From contig CM059432.1 in NCBI GenBank assembly GCA_030390025.1, positions 53,880,001-53,944,000 on the forward strand: a stretch of 64,000 nucleotides of DNA. The letters are read 5' to 3'. The translations under genes were made by a program, and so were the position numbers. This stretch comes from Squalus acanthias (lineage: Eukaryota). This document shows, piece by piece, positions 23,471 through 36,863 of this stretch (positions are counted from its first letter, which is position 1; every line of letters begins with the position of its first letter). The notes under the pieces were generated by a model. The model was given only the letters and a program-made list of their open reading frames with translations, did no database searches and had not been told where the DNA came from.

Positions 23471-24460
23471 TAGAATCATAGAATAGTACAACACAGAAGG
23501 AGGCCATTCGGCCTATTGAGTCTGCACCAGCTTTTACAAAAAGCAATCCAGTTAGTCCCACTCCCCCTGCTCTTTCCCCATATCCCTGCAATTTTTCTCC
23601 TTCAAGTATTTATCTAATTCCCTTTTGAAGGCTACTATTGAATCTGTATCCACCACCCTATCCAGCAGTGCATTCCAAATCCTAACCACTCATTGCATAA
23701 AAAGGTTTTTCCTCATGTCGCCCTGGTTCTTTTGCCAATCACCTTAAATCTGTGCCCTCTTGTTATCGACCCTTCAGCCATTGGAAACAGTTTCTCTTTA
23801 TTTACTCTATCTAAATCCTTCATGATTTTAAACACCTCCATCAAATCTCCTCTTAGCCTTCTCTGCTCCATTCTAGTAAATCTCTTCTGTACCTTCTCCA
23901 AAGTCTTCACGTCCTTCCTAAAGTATGTGCCCAGAATTGGACACAATACTCCAGCTGGGGACGAACTAGTGTTTTATAAAGGTTTAGCACAACTGGCTTT
24001 TGTACTCTATGCCTCTGTTTATAAAGCCCAGGATCCCATATGCTTTATTCACTGCTTTGTTAACCTGTCCTGCCACCTTCAAAGATTTGTGCACAAGCCC
24101 CCCAGGTCTCTCTGTTCTTGCACCCCCTTTAAAATTCTACCATTTAGTGTGTATGGTCCCTCCTCATTCTTCCTACCAAAATGTGTCACCTCACACTTCT
24201 CTGCATTGAATTTTATCTGCCATGTGTCAACCCATTCCACCAGCCTGCCTATGTCTTCTTGAAGTCATTACTATCTTCCTGATTGTTTACTACACTTCCA
24301 AGTTTCGTGTCATCTGCAAGTTTCAAAATTGTACCCTGAAGCCCCAAGTCCAAATCATTAATGTATATCAAAAACAGCAGTGGTCCTAGTACTGAACCTT
24401 GGGAAATGCCACTGTATGCCTCCCTCCAGTCTGAAAAACAGCCATTCACCACAACTCTCC

Positions 24461-26038
24461 GAGGGAGAAATTCGTGTGGTTTGTGCCACATGTTAGCACC
24501 ACAAGATGGCACTAAAATGCCATTGAGAGCTTTAACGCCACCTGATGCCGGTTCCAGTGCCGCACGCCATATTGGTGTTGCCGGTAGCGCTGCCGCTGAA
24601 CGCGATCACCGGGGACCTCACCATCACGGAGATCGTGATATCAGTGAGTGTGCAACGCTCACTTGACGCCCGATCTCCCAACTTCGTTACAGCCAAAGAA
24701 CTTACCAGCTGGAGAAAACAACGACAGCTTCAGGTGGTGTGCAGTAGCAGGAAGCCGGCTCCAGCAAAGCTATTTAAAGGGGTCATCACCAATCACTTGG
24801 CGCTGACAGGTTTTTGAAGTTTGAGTGGCTGTGTACTACTTCCTGCTACTGGAAGAGTTTTCTTTATTCATTTCAAGGCTCTTTGGTATCAGGGAGTGCT
24901 GTGGCAAGTATAAAACTCCATAATTATTTCTGAAAAGCTTCAAACTACAACACTTGCTATAAGGTCATGGGGGCTGTACTGGCAGTGGACCTTGCCCTCC
25001 AGGATCTATAGCGGAGGGAGCGGAGGCAGCAAGACAATTATCCTTCCAGATGGGCTGTCCATGACCGCCTCATCAGACTCTGATTCGCATGAATGAAACC
25101 CCAGATCCCCATAACTTACTACATCCCCATCATACAATCCCTGTCTCATGCCATATCACAGCGTCCTCCTGGGCACAAAGCTGAAATGAGAGAGACCACA
25201 AAATATTCCAAACATAATTAATAAATTTATCTATAAGCATATCACACATATCACATGAATTCTAATAGCTAATGACTCTTGTGCCTGCCACAGTTGAATA
25301 GTTGTCATTGTGTGCAAGGTGTGAGATGTGGGTGTGAGTGTCGCTAGGCAGTGATTGTTGGTGGGTGAGTGCTGGGGGTGTGGTGCATTGAGCAGTGCGT
25401 GCAGCTTGTGGTACAGATGGTGTTGTTTGTAGCATTTGTTGAAGCCTTCACTCACCCTGACCACCCGTGTGAGCTCGTTAAACTTCTTCCTGCACTGTGT
25501 GTGTGTCCTGGGGAGCACAGTGCTGCCCGTGACGTGGTGTGCCACCTCCCTCCACATAGTCCAGCAGACTTGTGGTGAGGGTCTCCTGCCAGTTGACGGG
25601 TACAGGACTCCACCGCTAAAACCAATGCCTCCAAAGCTTCATCTGAAAACCTCCAGGCTCTCTCCCTGGGGCGGCGATCTGCCATCAGCATGTGTAAATA
25701 AGTGCTCCTTCTCCTTGTCCTTCTTCTTATGGTTGTGGCAGCTGCACACCCAACAATGCTGAGAATGAGATGCTGCAGCATCAATGAACCTTCCCTTTAA
25801 GTAGTGAAAAAAGCCTGTGGCAATCATTACTTGCATTTAGACTGCCCCCGATATTGGTCCATCTTTTCAGTGTAATGCCAATGAGCTTGAGCTTTTAGAT
25901 TAGAATCATGACTGCAATCATTTTAATGAGGAGTGAGAACGAATTTTGCATGCAGCCTAGAAGGTTTTCAACTGACGCTACTTAACCATTTTTAGTCTAA
26001 ACACTGCCCATTTCTTCGCTATAATGAATTTCTAGCCC
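24461..26038 (-). mobile_element. Internally deleted Harbinger element (1578 bp)
   Basis: Ends GAGGGAGAAATTC and GAATTTCTAGCCC, TSD TCC/TCT. Holds the transposase start (MGAVLAVDLALQDL, +, from 24967) and Myb exon 1 (-). Termini shared with 60187-62359. Confidence 0.85.
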
Positions 26039-27563
26039 TCTGTTTTCTATCCTTAGCCAATTTTGTATCCATGCTGCTACTGCCCCTTTTATCCCATGGG
26101 CTTCAAAATTGCTAACAGCCTACTACCAGCCTAGTCTGTGGTACTTTATCAAATGCCTTTTGAAAGTCCATATACACAACATGAACTGTACTGTCCTCAT
26201 CCACCCTCTCTGTTACCTCATGAAAAATCTCAATCAAGTTAGTCAAACACGATTTGCCCTTAACAAATCCATGCTGGCTCTCTTTTATTAGTCCATGCTT
26301 GTCCAAGTGGCTGTTAATTATCTCCCGGATTATTGCTAAAAGCTTTCCCACCACTGCGTTAAACTGACTGGCCTGTAATTGCCAGTTTATCCTTCTCCCC
26401 TTTTTGAACAAGGGTGTAACATTTGCAATCCAGTCCTTTGGCACCATCCCTGTATCTAAGGAGGATTGGAAGATTGTGGCCAGCACTTCCGCAGTTTCTA
26501 CCCTTACTTCCCTCAGTAACCTAGGATGTAGCCCATCCGGACCGGGTGACTTATGCACTTTAATTACCACCAGCCTTTCCAGTACCTCCTCTTTATCTAT
26601 TTTTATCTCATCCAGTATCCCGACCATCTCCTCATTTACCATAGCTTTGGCAAAGTCCTCTTCCTTGGTAAACACCGATGCAAAGTACTCATTTAGTACC
26701 TCAGTCATGCCTTCTACCTCCATCAATAGTTCTCCATTTTGGTCCCCAATCAGACCACCACACTTCTGACAACTCTTTTACTGTTAATATGCCAATAGAA
26801 GACCTTTGGATTCCCCTTTATGTTAACCGCCAATCTATTCTCGTACTGTCTCTTTGTCCCTCTTATTTCCTCTTCACTTCTCTTCTGTACTTTTTATATT
26901 CAACCTGATTCTCCCTTGTATTATCAAGCTGACATCTGTCATGCGCTCCCTTTTTCTGCTTCATCCTACTGTCCAACTCCTTCGTCATCCAGGGAGCTGG
27001 ATGCCCTCCCTATCCCCATTGTAGGAATGTACCTAGACTGTACACGAACCATCTCCTCTTTAAAGGTCACCCATTGCTCCATTATATTTTTGCCTGCCAG
27101 TCTTTGACTCCAATTTACCCGGGCCAGATCCCTCCTCAATTCGCTGAAATTAGCCCTCCTCCAGCTAACTATTTTTATTCTAGATTTCTCCTTGACCTTC
27201 TCATTAACAAACCTAAACCATACGATAATATGATCATTATTCCCAAAAAGATCCCCAACCGTAACATTCTCCACTTGACCCACTTCATTCCCCAGGGCTA
27301 GCTCCAGCAATGCCTCCTTCCTCGTTGGGCAGGAAACATACTGATCAAGAAAATTCTCCTGATCACACTTCAGGAATTCCTCCCTTCTCTGCTCTTAACA
27401 CAATCACTACCCCGTTCAATGTTGGTGTAGTTAAAGTTCCCCGATATCACTATTTGTAGTTCTTGCACCTATCAGTAATTTCTTTGCAAATCTGCTCCTC
27501 TATATCCTTCCCACTATTTGATGGCCTATAAAATACACCCAGTAGTGTAATAGCTCTTTTATT

Positions 27564-28325
27564 GGCCCAGAAATTAAACATCGATGGTTCCCGCGGGGGT
27601 AAGGATTCCCCGCGATATCGCACTCCGCGCCTACCTTTTTGTTTGGGGCCCACACGAACTTTAGTTCAGGGCCTTTCCCTGTTGCAACCATGCAGTGCTT
27701 GCGTGTCCCAGAGGTGCAATTAGTTCATGCGAGCTCTGGGATCACGTGATTCAGTTAGAGCCAATGGCAGCACACCATCTTTCATTCATAGTTTTGACAG
27801 CAAGGGCTGTCAAAGCTATGAATACTACAAGCCCCCAAAAGAACAGCTAAACCTCAATTAAATTTAAAAAAAGCCATCACATTAATAAAATAAGTATAGT
27901 TAAATAAATTAACCACTTTAAACAAAAAATTAAATTTTTGAAAAATTTTAAAATCTTTTTAAAAGTTATAAAAATAAACTTACCTTTCTTTAAAGTCTCT
28001 AAAAAAGATAAACCTGTTTAATTTTTTTTAAAATAACACTTAATTAACTACTTACCTTGTTAAAAGGGGGTCCTACGCCTGCTTTCTTTATGTGTAAAAT
28101 CTTCACCACTTACCTGCGCGTTCAAACCTGAAAAAAAAACTAAGTGCACTTCGTGCGCACAACCTGTAGCGCGCACGCGGTTCACTTAGGAACCGCCCCC
28201 TTTGCAATACACGAAGTGCCGGTTTCCCGCGCATGCGCAGTGCATGCAGGAAACCGGCAATTCGGGACCTAATACGCGAGAGTACACAGTGTGTACTCTC
28301 GCGTATTAGGTTTAATTTTTGGGCC
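27564..28325 (-). mobile_element. MITE family A, 762 bp
   Basis: TIR GGCCCA(G/A)AAATTAAAC, flanks ATT/AAT, colinear with the reverse complement of 3435-4190. Confidence 0.88.
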
Positions 28326-28719
28326 AATGTTTCTCAACTCCAACCAAGTAGATTCTGTCTTTGACCCCTAAAGGACATTCTCTCTTTCTATCACTGTAAT
28401 ATTTTCCTTAATCAAAACTGCTACCCCTCCTCCTATTTTTCCTTTGCTGTCTTTCCTGAATACCTTGTACCCAGGAATATTAAGCATCCAATCCTCCCCT
28501 TTTTTGAGCCAGGTTGCAGTTATCACCACTGCATCATATTCCTATGTGGCTATTTGTGCCTGCAGCTCACCAACCTTATTAACCTCACTTTGTACATTTA
28601 CACACATGCACTCTCACATAATTCTGTATTATTTCTAACTCTAACTGTCTCTCCCAGTCCTCTGTGCACCTTGTTTCTACTTTTTAATACTACATCCTGG
28701 TGGCCAACCCCCTGGCGAA

Positions 28720-29956
28720 TTAGTTTAAACCCACCCCCACAGCACTGCCCGCAAGGATATTAGTCCTAGCTCTTTTCAGGTGCAACCCGTCCATCTTGAA
28801 CAGGTCCCTCCTGCCACAGAACTGGTCCCAATGTCCCAGGAATCTGAAGCCCTCTCTCCTGCACCATGTCTCTAGCCATGCATTAACCTGCCATATCTTC
28901 CTATTTCTACTCTCAGTAGCGCGTGGCATTGGGAGTAATCCACAGATTATTACCTTTGAAGTCTTGCTTTTTAACTTCCTCCCTAGCTCCTTAAACTCTG
29001 ACTGCAGGACTCCTCTTTCTCCCTATGTCATTGGTTCTGATGTGGATCACGACTTCTGGCTCTTCTCCTTCCCCCGTAGAATATTCTGCACCCTCTCCAT
29101 GCTGTCCCTTACCCTAGCACCAGGGAGGGAACATACCATACGGGTCTCACGTCGACCGTAGCAGAACGGCCTGTCTGTCCCCCTGACTATCAAATCCCCA
29201 ATTACTACTGCATTCCTACACTTTGCTCTAGCCTCCTGTACAGTCCTTTGCCTCACGGTGCCAGGAGACTGCACTCCTTTGAGGTGTCATCATCTTCATT
29301 GGTATTCAATGCTGACTATCAGTTTGAGAGTGCCACACTCCTGGAGGAGTCATAGAATCATAGAAAGTTACAGCATGGAAGGAGGCCATTTCAGCCCATT
29401 GTGTCCGTGCCAGCCAACAAAGAGCTATCCAGCCTAATCCCACGTCCCAGCTCTTGGTCCGTAGCCCTGCAGGTTACAGCATCCCAAGTGCACATCCAAG
29501 TACTTTTTAAATGTGGTTAGGGTTTCTGCCTCTACCACCCTTTCAGGCAGTCTAGATCATTGATATATACCACAAAAAGCAAGGGACCAAGTACTGAGCC
29601 CTGCGGAACCCCACTGGAAACAGCCTTCCAGTCACAAAAACACCCATCAACCATCATCCTCTGCTTCCTGCCTCCGAGCCACTGCCTGCCTCTCCCTTCC
29701 CTTTCACCCATTTGCTATTCTGAACTCTATCTGGCTGTGGGGTGACCATCTCCTGGAACCTGCGATCCAGGACACATTCAGCCACCCATATGCCCTGCAG
29801 TGAATCCAGCTGCCCCTCAAGCTCAGAAACCCTCAGTGTGAGTTCGAGCAGCTTGAAGCACTTCCTGCAAACATGGGCCTTCAGGACACATTCAGCATCC
29901 TGAAGTTCCCACATGGCGCAGGAATTGCAGGCTACAGGTTGTAGCTGTCCCTCCAT
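28720..29956 (-). pseudogene. CR1 ORF1: zinc-finger/leucine-zipper N-terminus plus SGNH esterase domain
   Basis: CNSC...HVCRKC...LRVSELEGQL; VVIGD(L)IVRG, LPGARVRD and DGLHL blocks; frameshifted and interrupted. Confidence 0.85.
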
Positions 29957-30138
29957 TCTAATTAGAAAACAATTAGAAACTTAAAATAAACTACTTAGAT
30001 ACAAAGTGATTTATATAATTGCTGTTAACTAGGTCTAAACTACACTGGAAGTTTTCTATTTACTCCTCAAGGCAAACTAACCAAAGACTAAATTATTTAC
30101 TCAAGCTTAACAAGCACCACTGAGATACTAAATACAAT

Positions 30139-30548
30139 GGGCTGTATTTTCGAACGGAGGCTTCCCGCGTGCAGAGGCCTCCGATCTGGAAAAAATCTAC
30201 GCACTTACCTGAGGGCTCCCGAGGTCCGGAAACTTCCGTTCCTGGGTCTCTCCAACTCGAAATGTGCAGGGCCCGCGTATCCCAGAGGCACATGCATTTC
30301 GCAAGCGTCCCTGGGATCACGTTGTACATGGGGAGCCAATCAAAGAAGGGAATCTCCCTTCATACACTTGACAGATAGACCTGTCAAATATATGAATGGA
30401 GATCACCCCAAAAACACTTTAAAACATTAAATCCATTTTTTTTTAAATCACAATTTTTAAATTAGCATGCCTGAAACCAGCATTTCCGATGTCCCTATGG
30501 GTGTGTACACAGCGCGAACACACCCGTAGGGATCGGAATATCCGGCCC
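30139..30548 (-). mobile_element. MITE family A, internally shortened copy (410 bp)
   Basis: GGGCTGTATTTTCG...GGAATATCCGGCCC ends; first 280 bp similar to 54381-54670. Confidence 0.75.
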
Positions 30549-31396
30549 AAAGAACCTAAATATTAGATACTTAGAATCCTCGGGTTCTGTGGCTCCACTC
30601 CTTCTTTTTGAGTTGGACGCGAGAAACCGCCTTCCTCCTCTCCACCGAATTCCCACGATCACCAAATTCCCAGCTTCCACTCTGTTTGTGATTCACTCCG
30701 ATTGCAATTTACCCAGCTCTGTCTCCAAGCTCTGTGTTCAAGCTCAGGGTGGAAGATGATTCTAAAGTAAAATACTGGTCAGCCAGTGTTCCTGAAGGGT
30801 TGCTGTTGGCCCAGTGGATAGGAGCCAATTTTTGGCTCAGCAAACAAACTGTTAATGTGTAAGGATATAGCTGCAATGGGAAAAACTGCCCCCTGCACTG
30901 AGGCTGCCTTGGAGATCCTGCAGCAGAAGCTATGGCAAAGGATGGTGGTCGAAGCTCAAGCACAAGTTGCATGGAGTGAGGTGATATAGAGAGAGTGAAT
31001 GCAGTCTTCCGGGTCTGTCACAACTGGGAGCAAATGAGGAAAAAGGTATCCATTTTCAGGAAAAGTACAATGCTAAGTATACCCTCTTTTGCATAAATAT
31101 ATGCTTGTTCTTCATCCTTCTCTTTATCCATGGAAGGAATGGCCCAATGGAAATGCTTCTCTTCTCCACTATGACTGAGAGTGCATGCAGAGATTATTTG
31201 TCCCTTTTTGCTGCTCTCGACTGGGCACAGCTGCAGTAGGGTACAGTGTTACCTTGCACATAGCAGTTTCAAGTTTCGCTCACCTAGAATACTGCCTGCA
31301 GAAACTCTGTGCTAGCTCATTTGCAAAGTCTTGACCCTGGGAGAGAAGTGGTCTGGATGCAGGAATGTTGTTGAGGTGTTCAAGATTTTCCTGTTA

Positions 31397-31866
31397 TAGA
31401 ATCATAGAATGGTTACAGCACGGAAGAAGGCCATTCTGCCCGTCGAGCCCGTGCCCACTCTCAGCTAGTCCCACTCCCCTGCCCTTTCTCTATAGCCCTG
31501 CAATTTTTTTTCCTTCAGATACTTATCCAACTCCCTTTTGAAAGATAAAATTGAGTGTGCCTCCACCACCCTTTCAGGCAGTGCATTCCAGATCTTAACC
31601 ACTCGCTGTGTAAAAAAGTTTTTTCTTACATCACCTTTGGTTCTTTTGCCAATCACCTTAAATCTGTGTCCTCTGGTTCTCGACCCTTCTGCCAATAGGA
31701 ACAGTTTCTCTCTATCTACTCTGTCCAGACCCCTCATGATTTTGAACACCTCTATCAAATCTCCTCTCAATCTTCTCTGCTCTAAGGAGAGCAACCCCAG
31801 CTTCTCCAGTCTATCAACGTAACTGAAGTCCCTCATTCCTGGAATTGTTCTTGTAAATCTTCTTCA
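31397..31866 (-). mobile_element. CR1 3' fragment
   Basis: ORF 31465-31836 (RRLRGDLIEVFK...WNALP) and TAGAATCATAGAAT tail. Confidence 0.9.
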
Positions 31867-32084
31867 CTGTGTGCCTCTGACATCATTGCAGTTCTACAGG
31901 TATTTCAGAGCACCGTGGAGTGAATAACATCTTCACAGCCACCTGCGGGGGAGCCCCAAAGCGGGCGTGGGAGGGGGGAAGGAACAAGCGCTGAACAGCA
32001 TTCTCTCATAAATTCTATGACTTGCACCATGAGACCTTAAACACCCAGTTACAGGAATCTATCATTGCCAGATTGGACAGACCA

Positions 32085-32358
32085 AGAAATCAAATAAGGA
32101 ATTCAGAAGAAACTTCTTTACCCAGAGAGTGGTGAGAATATAGAACTCACTACCACAGGGAGTGGTTGAGGTGAATAGTACAGATGCATTTAAGTGGAGG
32201 CTAGATAAGCATATGAGGGAGAAGGGAATAGAGGGTTATGCTGATAGAGTTAGATGAGGAAGGATAGGAGGAAGCTCGAGTGGAGCATAAATGCTGGCAT
32301 AGACTGGTTGGGCCAAATGGCCTGTTTCTGTACCGTATATTCTATGCAATTCTATGTA
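32085..32358 (+). mobile_element. CR1 3' fragment
   Basis: TTCTTTACCCAGAGAGTGGTGAGAAT...ATTCTATGCAATTCTATG tail. Confidence 0.8.
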
Positions 32359-33385
32359 AAAGACTGGGTGGTCATTTGGGAAGAGCAGTGATAGTTGGCA
32401 TTATATATATCAGAGGCACCCTACAGACTGCTCTCATGCCACCTGTTGATCCATGTCTGGTGTCCAGCACTGGGTTGTGACAGAAGAAGGTTTGATGAGG
32501 TGGCTTCCTCTCAAGGTCACAATGGTGCCAGTCCCAGCACTCATGAGAGAGGTTCAGTAGGGTATTATGGGTGTTGATTATGAAGGTATGAGAGGAGTGA
32601 GACATGTAATGAAACTGTTGAGAGTTGACAAAGAATGAATCTGGAAGTATGATCAAGTAACTTGCAAGAGCACTGCGTCAAAATGTGACTATAGGTAGAA
32701 TGAGGCACCTAGGTTGTTTATCAAGATATTTTGGAATGTAGGACAACCGTTGAAAGTTTAAGTGTAATGAGGAAGAAGTACACTATGTACAGTATATACA
32801 ATATAGTAGTATTAATAGCAGCTATGTCTTGTAGCTTCTAAGTGGTGCTGTATTAGACAGGGCATATAATTCAATGAGCTAAGGATTAATTGAAGAAGAC
32901 TTGACAAATATATATTCCCACTGTCATGCCATCATCTTCAGCTGCTGTCTGTTGATCCTCTCCCCCATGTGGGTTGCAATAGCTTTGGTGCCTCATTGAG
33001 AGGAATGTTTCTCTCTTTTACACTAAGGGGGAGAAATTCATTATAGCCCAGGAGTAGGCGCTAACTTTGGAAACGTTTGAGATTTAGCACCAGGCGCTAA
33101 TGAATCTCGCTGCATGGAAAATTCAGTGTCATCGCTCGAAGAAAGGATTTGAGCGCTAACTCAAGCACTAACGGCCTAGCTCAGTGGCATTACATTCAAA
33201 GCGCTAACCAATATCAGGTGCAGTCTAATCGCAAGTCATCCTTGCCACAGGCTCTTTCCAGTTCTTAAAGGGGAGGTTCATTGATGTTGCAGAACCTCAT
33301 TCTCAGCATTGCTGCCTGTGAACCTGTGTCAGCAAGCAGGAGCAGGCCAAGTCCAAGGAGCCGGACGACTCAACCAGCTGTACTC

Positions 33386-35500
33386 ATGGCAGATCCACAC
33401 CCCAGGGAGAGAGCTGCAGATTTTCGGACCAAGCATTGGAGGAGTTGGTGTCCGTTGTGGAGAGACCGAAGGCGGTGCTCTGCCCGGCAAGTGGCAGGGG
33501 GCCCTCACCGCAAGTCTTCTGTGCCATGAGGAGGGAGGTTGCCCATCAGGTCTTGGGCAGCACTGTGGTCCCTAGGACCCATACACACTGCTGGAAGAAA
33601 TTTAACGACCTCACTTGGGTGGTCAGAGTGAGTCAATGCCTCAACAAATGCTACATACCACCGTCTTAACCACTGTTTACACACGCTGGCCAAAGCACCA
33701 CACCCCCAGTATTCACCCACCAACACTCACACCCACATCTCACACCTTGCACACAATGACAGCTATTCAACTATGGCAGGCACATCACTCAAACACATTG
33801 CTCCACTCTCAATCACACACTTTCCTTTCTCTTGCAGGCCAAGGTGGCTCACAATAGGAGGGAGGAGGAGCGCACAGGCAGGGGATAAGCCGACAACCAA
33901 CCACTGTCTGCGCTGGAAAATAGAGTGCTGGAGATTATTGGGTGCCAGTTGGTGGGTGCCATGGCCACCGGCGACATTGACCCCCTTGAGGACAACAACG
34001 GTATGTTCATCCCTACTCCTTCTTCTCACATCCCACTTTCCCCTCACTAAACAAGCCTTTCGCACTTTCCAGCTAATCATGCTGTATGCATGCATTTCTC
34101 CCTTCCTGCTACCCTCCCCTCACCTTACCCCGTCTCTTGTGCCTTTATGCTTTCAGATAATGAGCAAGCACTGGAGCAGCCTGTCCCTGAGGACACCATT
34201 GAGAGCGATGCGGGAGAAGAGGAGGAGGAAGAACACACCGCGTCACTGCAAGTCTCACTCGCAGGCACCAGCTCAGATACTGGCACTACGCGTTCTTTAA
34301 AGGCTAGTATAGTACATAGAAACATAGAAGATAGGAGCAGGAGTAGGCCATTCGGCCTCTCGAGCCTGCTCCGCCATTCGACGAGATCATGGCTGATCAT
34401 CTAAACTCAGTACCCTGTCCCTGCCTTCTCCCCATATCCTTTGATACCTTTAGCTTTAAGAAATATATCTAACTCAACCTTGAATATATTTAATGACTTC
34501 GCCTCAACTACCTTCTGTGGTAGAGAATTCCACAGGTTCACCACTCTCTGGGTCTGCACAGGGTGATGCACTGGGGACGAGTGGGCTGCAGCAAGCCCAG
34601 GGGAAAAGGGTAGCTCGGGGGCCAGCTCCCCGGAGGGCGAGTTCGCGCGTGAGTTCTGCTGCACAGGACTCAGATGAGGACCTCGAAGGGGAGGCATTTA
34701 GAAGAAGGGTGATGGCATGCACATGGAGATCATAGGTGCAATGGCAAAGGTGCCCGAGAGCCTCTCGGCAATGATAAGGAGTGTGGAGGAGTCCGCCTCC
34801 AACATTGCACAAGGCTCTGCGCACACCATGGGGCCCATCATTTCCAGCCTGCAAAGGATGGTAGACTCCCAGAGAGAACGTGGCGACCCAGACCTGATGC
34901 CACATGTGATGGGCGATCTGGCAGCTTCCATTGCAGCACAGGCAGAAGCGACGCAATGTCTTAGTGCTGTAATGCAGTTTATGCTTGATACCAGTCAATC
35001 TCAGACTGCTCTCATGCAGTCTCAGCTTGATGCCAAGTAAGCTCTGACTACTGCCATCGTGGCTGGGTCTACCACCGTCGACCGGGGCTTTCATGGTGTC
35101 GCAGCAGGCCAGCAACCTGTGCTCCAACAGATTGTTAGGGATGTTGAGGAGCTGCCCCGGGGGAGTGGCAGTGGGTTAGTGGAGCAGGAACCTGTTGTCC
35201 TCTCTCACGATAATAGCATTCATGCTCCACTGCTGCCACTCCGCCATTGCCCTTGTCGCTGCCTATCATCTAGCCAGCCCAGACTGCTGCCGCCCATGCT
35301 GAGGTGGTGCAGTCTACAGCCAGGCCTTCCAGGCCCAGAGCTGGTCGAGGACGCCCTGCAAGGTCATCTGAAGTCTCCCACATGGATATTCAGCAGCCTT
35401 ACACCAGCTGTGCTGCAGCCACTGGGCCAATACTTCATAGGAGCACTAGAGTAGGCAAAGGCACAGTAACAAGAGGCACTAAGGATTGCACAATGGTGAA
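33386..35500 (+). pseudogene. H1 Myb/SANT-like gene, three exons, frameshifted; CR1 fragment inserted at about 34313-34550
   Basis: REVAHQVLGSTVVPRTHTHCWKKFNDL; acceptors TTGCAG and TTTCAG at the same positions as in H2. Confidence 0.8.
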
Positions 35501-35668
35501 TAGTAAATATTGTTGTTGTAAAGATGTGTTCACTGATTATTGATAAAGTTATTAATTCACTTTGGATAATTTTGTACTGTCTCTCATTTCAGCTTTGCGC
35601 TGTGATATGGCCTAGGACAGGGATGGAATGATGGGGATGTGGTGAGCAACGGGGATCTGGGGTTGAAT

Positions 35669-35756
35669 TTACTGGAACTGCAGTCTGATGAGGCGGTCAT
35701 GGGCCGCCCTTCCAGAAGGCCGATTGAGTGGCTGCCTCCTCCCTCACTCCTGTTCC

Positions 35757-35789
<33 letters not shown>

Positions 35790-36863
35790 TCTTCCTCCTC
35801 ATTCTCCTCCTCCTCCTCCTCTCCCTCTTCCTCCTCCTGAGGTGGTCCCACAATCCGTGCTGACAAGGGCTGGGCCCTCATGATGGCCAGATTGTGGAGC
35901 ATGCAGCAGACCACCACGAAACGGCACACCCGCTCCGGCGAGTACTGGAGGGCTCCTCTCGAGTGGTCAAGGCAGCGGAACCGTTGCTTGAGCACCCTGA
36001 TGGTCTGCTCGATGATGTTCCTGGTGACGGATGGCTCTCATTATATGAGTGCTGGGCAGGAGTGTTGGGGTTGCGGATGGGAGTCATGAGCCAGGTGGAG
36101 AGCGGATAGCCCTCATCTCCAACCAACCAGCCGAGAGCTTGCTGTGATGGCTGGAACAGAGCTGGCACAACGGTCTGGCGCAGGATGAAGGCATCATGGC
36201 TGCTGCCAGGATAGCGGGCATTCACGTTGAGGATTCGCTGTCTGTGGTCGCACGCCAACTGCACATTAAGTGAGTGGTAGTGTTTGCAGTTATGGATGAT
36301 CTCAGGATTGTTATGCTGTGCCCGCAAAGCCACGTAGGTGCAGTCAATGCCGCCCTGCACCATAGGGAAGCCTGCTATCCTGGCAAAGCCACGTGCACGC
36401 TCATCCTGCTTCTCTCTGGTGATGGGGAAGGAAATGTACTCCCTTCTCCTACTGTAGAGAGCCTCTGTGACCTCCCGAATGCAGCGATAGAGGGCGAACT
36501 AGCTATATTTCCTGTTGCAAACTGGAAGGATCCATTGGTGAAGAAATTGAGGGTGACAGTGACCTTGATTGCCACTGTGAGAGCCGTGGTTGCCCTGGTC
36601 TGAGGCTGGAGGTCTGGTTGCAGGAGGTGGCAGAGTTCTGTGACCACTGCCTTGCTGAAGCAGAGCCTTCTAATGCGCTGCTCCTCGCTTAATTGAAGGT
36701 AGGAGAATTGCTGTTCGAAGACCCTCGGAGGGTAAGGCCTCCTGTTGAGAGCCCTGATGGCCCTCCTCCTCCCTCTGGGCACATGTTCCAATCTTTCTCG
36801 CTGCCTGCGCTCCTTCCACAGTAGATCCTGGAGGGTGAGGTCGACTGCCAGTACAGCCCCCAT
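35669..36863 (-). pseudogene. H1 Harbinger (HARBI1-like) DDE transposase, frameshifted
   Basis: [31 protein letters not shown] and CCMLHN motifs; poly-Glu tail from a (GAG)n repeat at about 35755-35838. Confidence 0.9.

Larger units (their letters stand above)
23471..30060 (-). mobile_element. Near-full-length CR1 LINE (ORF1 and ORF2, decayed) carrying three nested insertions
   Basis: 3' tail at 23471, RT and endonuclease fragments 23700-28700, ORF1 28720-29956. Insertions at 24461-26038, 27564-28325 and about 29349-29665. Confidence 0.9.

Noticed and set aside
35669..36863. Host HARBI1 gene
   Set aside because: Lies between TIRs with a TSD, is frameshifted, and has several paralogues in the window.
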